Source of the DNA: an uncultured Salinisphaerales bacterium
GTDB taxonomy: Bacteria; Pseudomonadota; Gammaproteobacteria; Nevskiales; CAZYIP01
NCBI GenBank assembly: GCA_964646895.1
Contig: CAZYIP010000003.1
Span: 1-40,441 of the forward strand
Direction: 5' to 3'
Length of the DNA stretch: 40,441 nt
Shown: positions 39,019 through 40,441 of the stretch, one piece after another
Layout: each line of letters starts with the position of its first letter
How positions within the stretch are numbered: the stretch's first letter is position 1
Notes under the pieces: model-generated
Seen by the model: the letters and a program-made list of their open reading frames with translations, nothing else
Told to the model about the DNA's origin: nothing
Database searches by the model: none
Translations under genes and position numbers: made by a program

Positions 39019-39109
39019 GACTGACCTCCTTTTTCAGCTGTGTGTGTGGCTGCGCCGGAGTCGGGCGGATCATGCGCCCGCTCCTGGTCAAGAATGGCCG
39101 CTGCCGGGT

Positions 39110-39805
39110 TCAGTACTCATCGTGCAACCGCAGCCAGCTCATGGTGCCACCGGCTTCGTTACGGCCCTTCGGGGCGAGATCGAGCCAGTTGAACGCCCCC
39201 ATCAGCAACTCTGTCCCGCGATGATAAGTCGAATAGCTGTGGAAGACATCACCCTTCCCGTCCTTTACGAATACGCTGACGCCGAACATGTCCGGGCTGC
39301 TGCGGATCGGCGTGAGTCCGTAATTATAGGTCGCACGGCCAGCGGCGCGATCCTCTTCCGTGAACGACACGCCAAAATCATGGTTGAAGTCGCTGGCGCC
39401 GGAGGAAACCCACGGAAAGGTCCAGCCCATGCGCGCCTTCACCGCCTCGATCCGCTGGATCGGCGCGCGCGACACTGCCGCGAAAGCCAGATCCGCATGC
39501 TCGAAATGCTGGCGTGCCGCATCGACATGATCGACCGTGTAGGAACAGCCGGGGCAAATATGGTCCGAGCCCGGCGTCAGCATGAAATGATAAACAGCGA
39601 GCTGGCTGCAATCGCCGAACAGATCCGCCAGCGTGCAATCCCCGTCGGGGCCAGCGAAGACGTAGGATTTGTCGATCCTGACCCAGGGCAGTTGCCGGCG
39701 CTCGGCGCGCAGCGCGTCGAGTTCGTGGGTCATGGCCCGTTCCCGCTCGAAAAGCGCCTTGCGGGCCACCAGCCACTGCTCGCGCGAAACAATCGGATGA
39801 TTCAT
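39110..39805 (-). CDS. DUF899 thioredoxin-like protein
   Basis: VSREQW..AR, RRQLPWV, L.DLF...SQL..YHFM, CPGC, WLDLAPKGRNE, W.RLHDEY; AAGGAG RBS. Confidence 0.88.
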   Translation of the reverse strand: MNHPIVSREQWLVARKALFERERAMTHELDALRAERRQLPWVRIDKSYVFAGPDGDCTLADLFGDCSQLAVYHFMLTPGSDHICPGCSYTVDHVDAARQHFEHADLAFAAVSRAPIQRIEAVKARMGWTFPWVSSGASDFNHDFGVSFTEEDRAAGRATYNYGLTPIRSSPDMFGVSVFVKDGKGDVFHSYSTYHRGTELLMGAFNWLDLAPKGRNEAGGTMSWLRLHDEY

Positions 39806-39918
39806 GATCGGTCTCCTTCGGTTGTCGGATTTGATGCGATTCCTGCGGCGATCGCATCGAGCGAGAATGTAGGGCAACGCATGAACCCGGCGTGAGTGAC
39901 AAATGTGACGGGATTTTC

Positions 39919-40441
39919 ATGGAAGCGCTGATCGCGGACGCGGCCCGCGCGCTGGCGGCGGGTGATCCGCTCGCCGCGCTGAAGCGAATCGCGCTGCGTG
40001 ATGACCCGGTCGCCCTCGCGCTGCGCGGTATTGCCATGGCGCAGCTCGGCGACTTCGGGCGGGCCCGGCAATTGCTGCGCAATGCAGAACGCGCTTTCGG
40101 CCCTCACGAGCCAGTGGCGCGTGCGCGGTGCGCGGTCGCCGCAGCGGAGATCGCGCTCGTCTCGCGCGAACTCGGCGGCTCCATGCGCGCGCTCGGAACC
40201 GCACGTAGCGCGCTGGAAGCACACGGAGATCGGACCAACGCCGCACATGCGAGGTACCTCGAAGCCCGCTGCCTGCTCCTGATCGGGCGCCTCGACGAAT
40301 GCGAACGGACGCTGGCGGCGCTCGCCGTCGACCAGCTGCCGCGGGCTTCCCGCGCCGGCTACTGGCTGGTGGTCGCAGGCGCCGCCATGCGCCGCATTCG
40401 CGCGGCACCGGCGCGAGTCGCGCTCGACCGGGCCATGCAGG
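39919..40441 (+). CDS. 5' part of a helical-repeat regulator-like protein, the family usually divergent from DUF899 genes (runs off the window)
   Basis: Open frame from ATG 39919: MEALIADAARALAAGDPLAALKRIALRDDPVALALRGIAMAQLGDF...; no stop before the window end, so it is absent from the ORF track. Confidence 0.75.
   Translation, partial: MEALIADAARALAAGDPLAALKRIALRDDPVALALRGIAMAQLGDFGRARQLLRNAERAFGPHEPVARARCAVAAAEIALVSRELGGSMRALGTARSALEAHGDRTNAAHARYLEARCLLLIGRLDECERTLAALAVDQLPRASRAGYWLVVAGAAMRRIRAAPARVALDRAMQ

Overview
High-GC proteobacterial chromosomal segment, probably gammaproteobacterial (judged only from protein resemblance), with about 36 coding genes. I saw no rRNA, tRNA, CRISPR array or transposase. 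The left 10.5 kb is a phosphonate-catabolism locus: GntR/FCD regulator-phnA-phnY-Fe-alcohol dehydrogenase-phnD-phnC-phnE-phnE on the minus strand, with a divergent Na/Pi (PhoU-domain) transporter. It has no phnW, which points to a 2-hydroxyethylphosphonate -> phosphonoacetaldehyde -> phosphonoacetate -> acetate + Pi route. At 23.3-27.1 kb a LysR regulator is divergent from an operon of a BBOX/TmpA-like Fe(II)/2OG dioxygenase, an HD-domain protein that is not of the PhnZ type, and a ChoX-like binding protein. This is the best candidate for an undescribed two-oxygenase pathway for a quaternary amine. At 28.5-29.7 kb an Irr-like Fur protein is followed by an ICE-like box and a nitrobindin-like heme barrel. 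The rest is MFS transporters, orphan ABC binding proteins, FNR, aminotransferases, a MocD-like desaturase, tpm, lplA, osmC, a rhomboid, an aldo/keto reductase, a DUF899/regulator divergon and a nested REP-like repeat. All family calls come from motif recognition by eye, without database searches.
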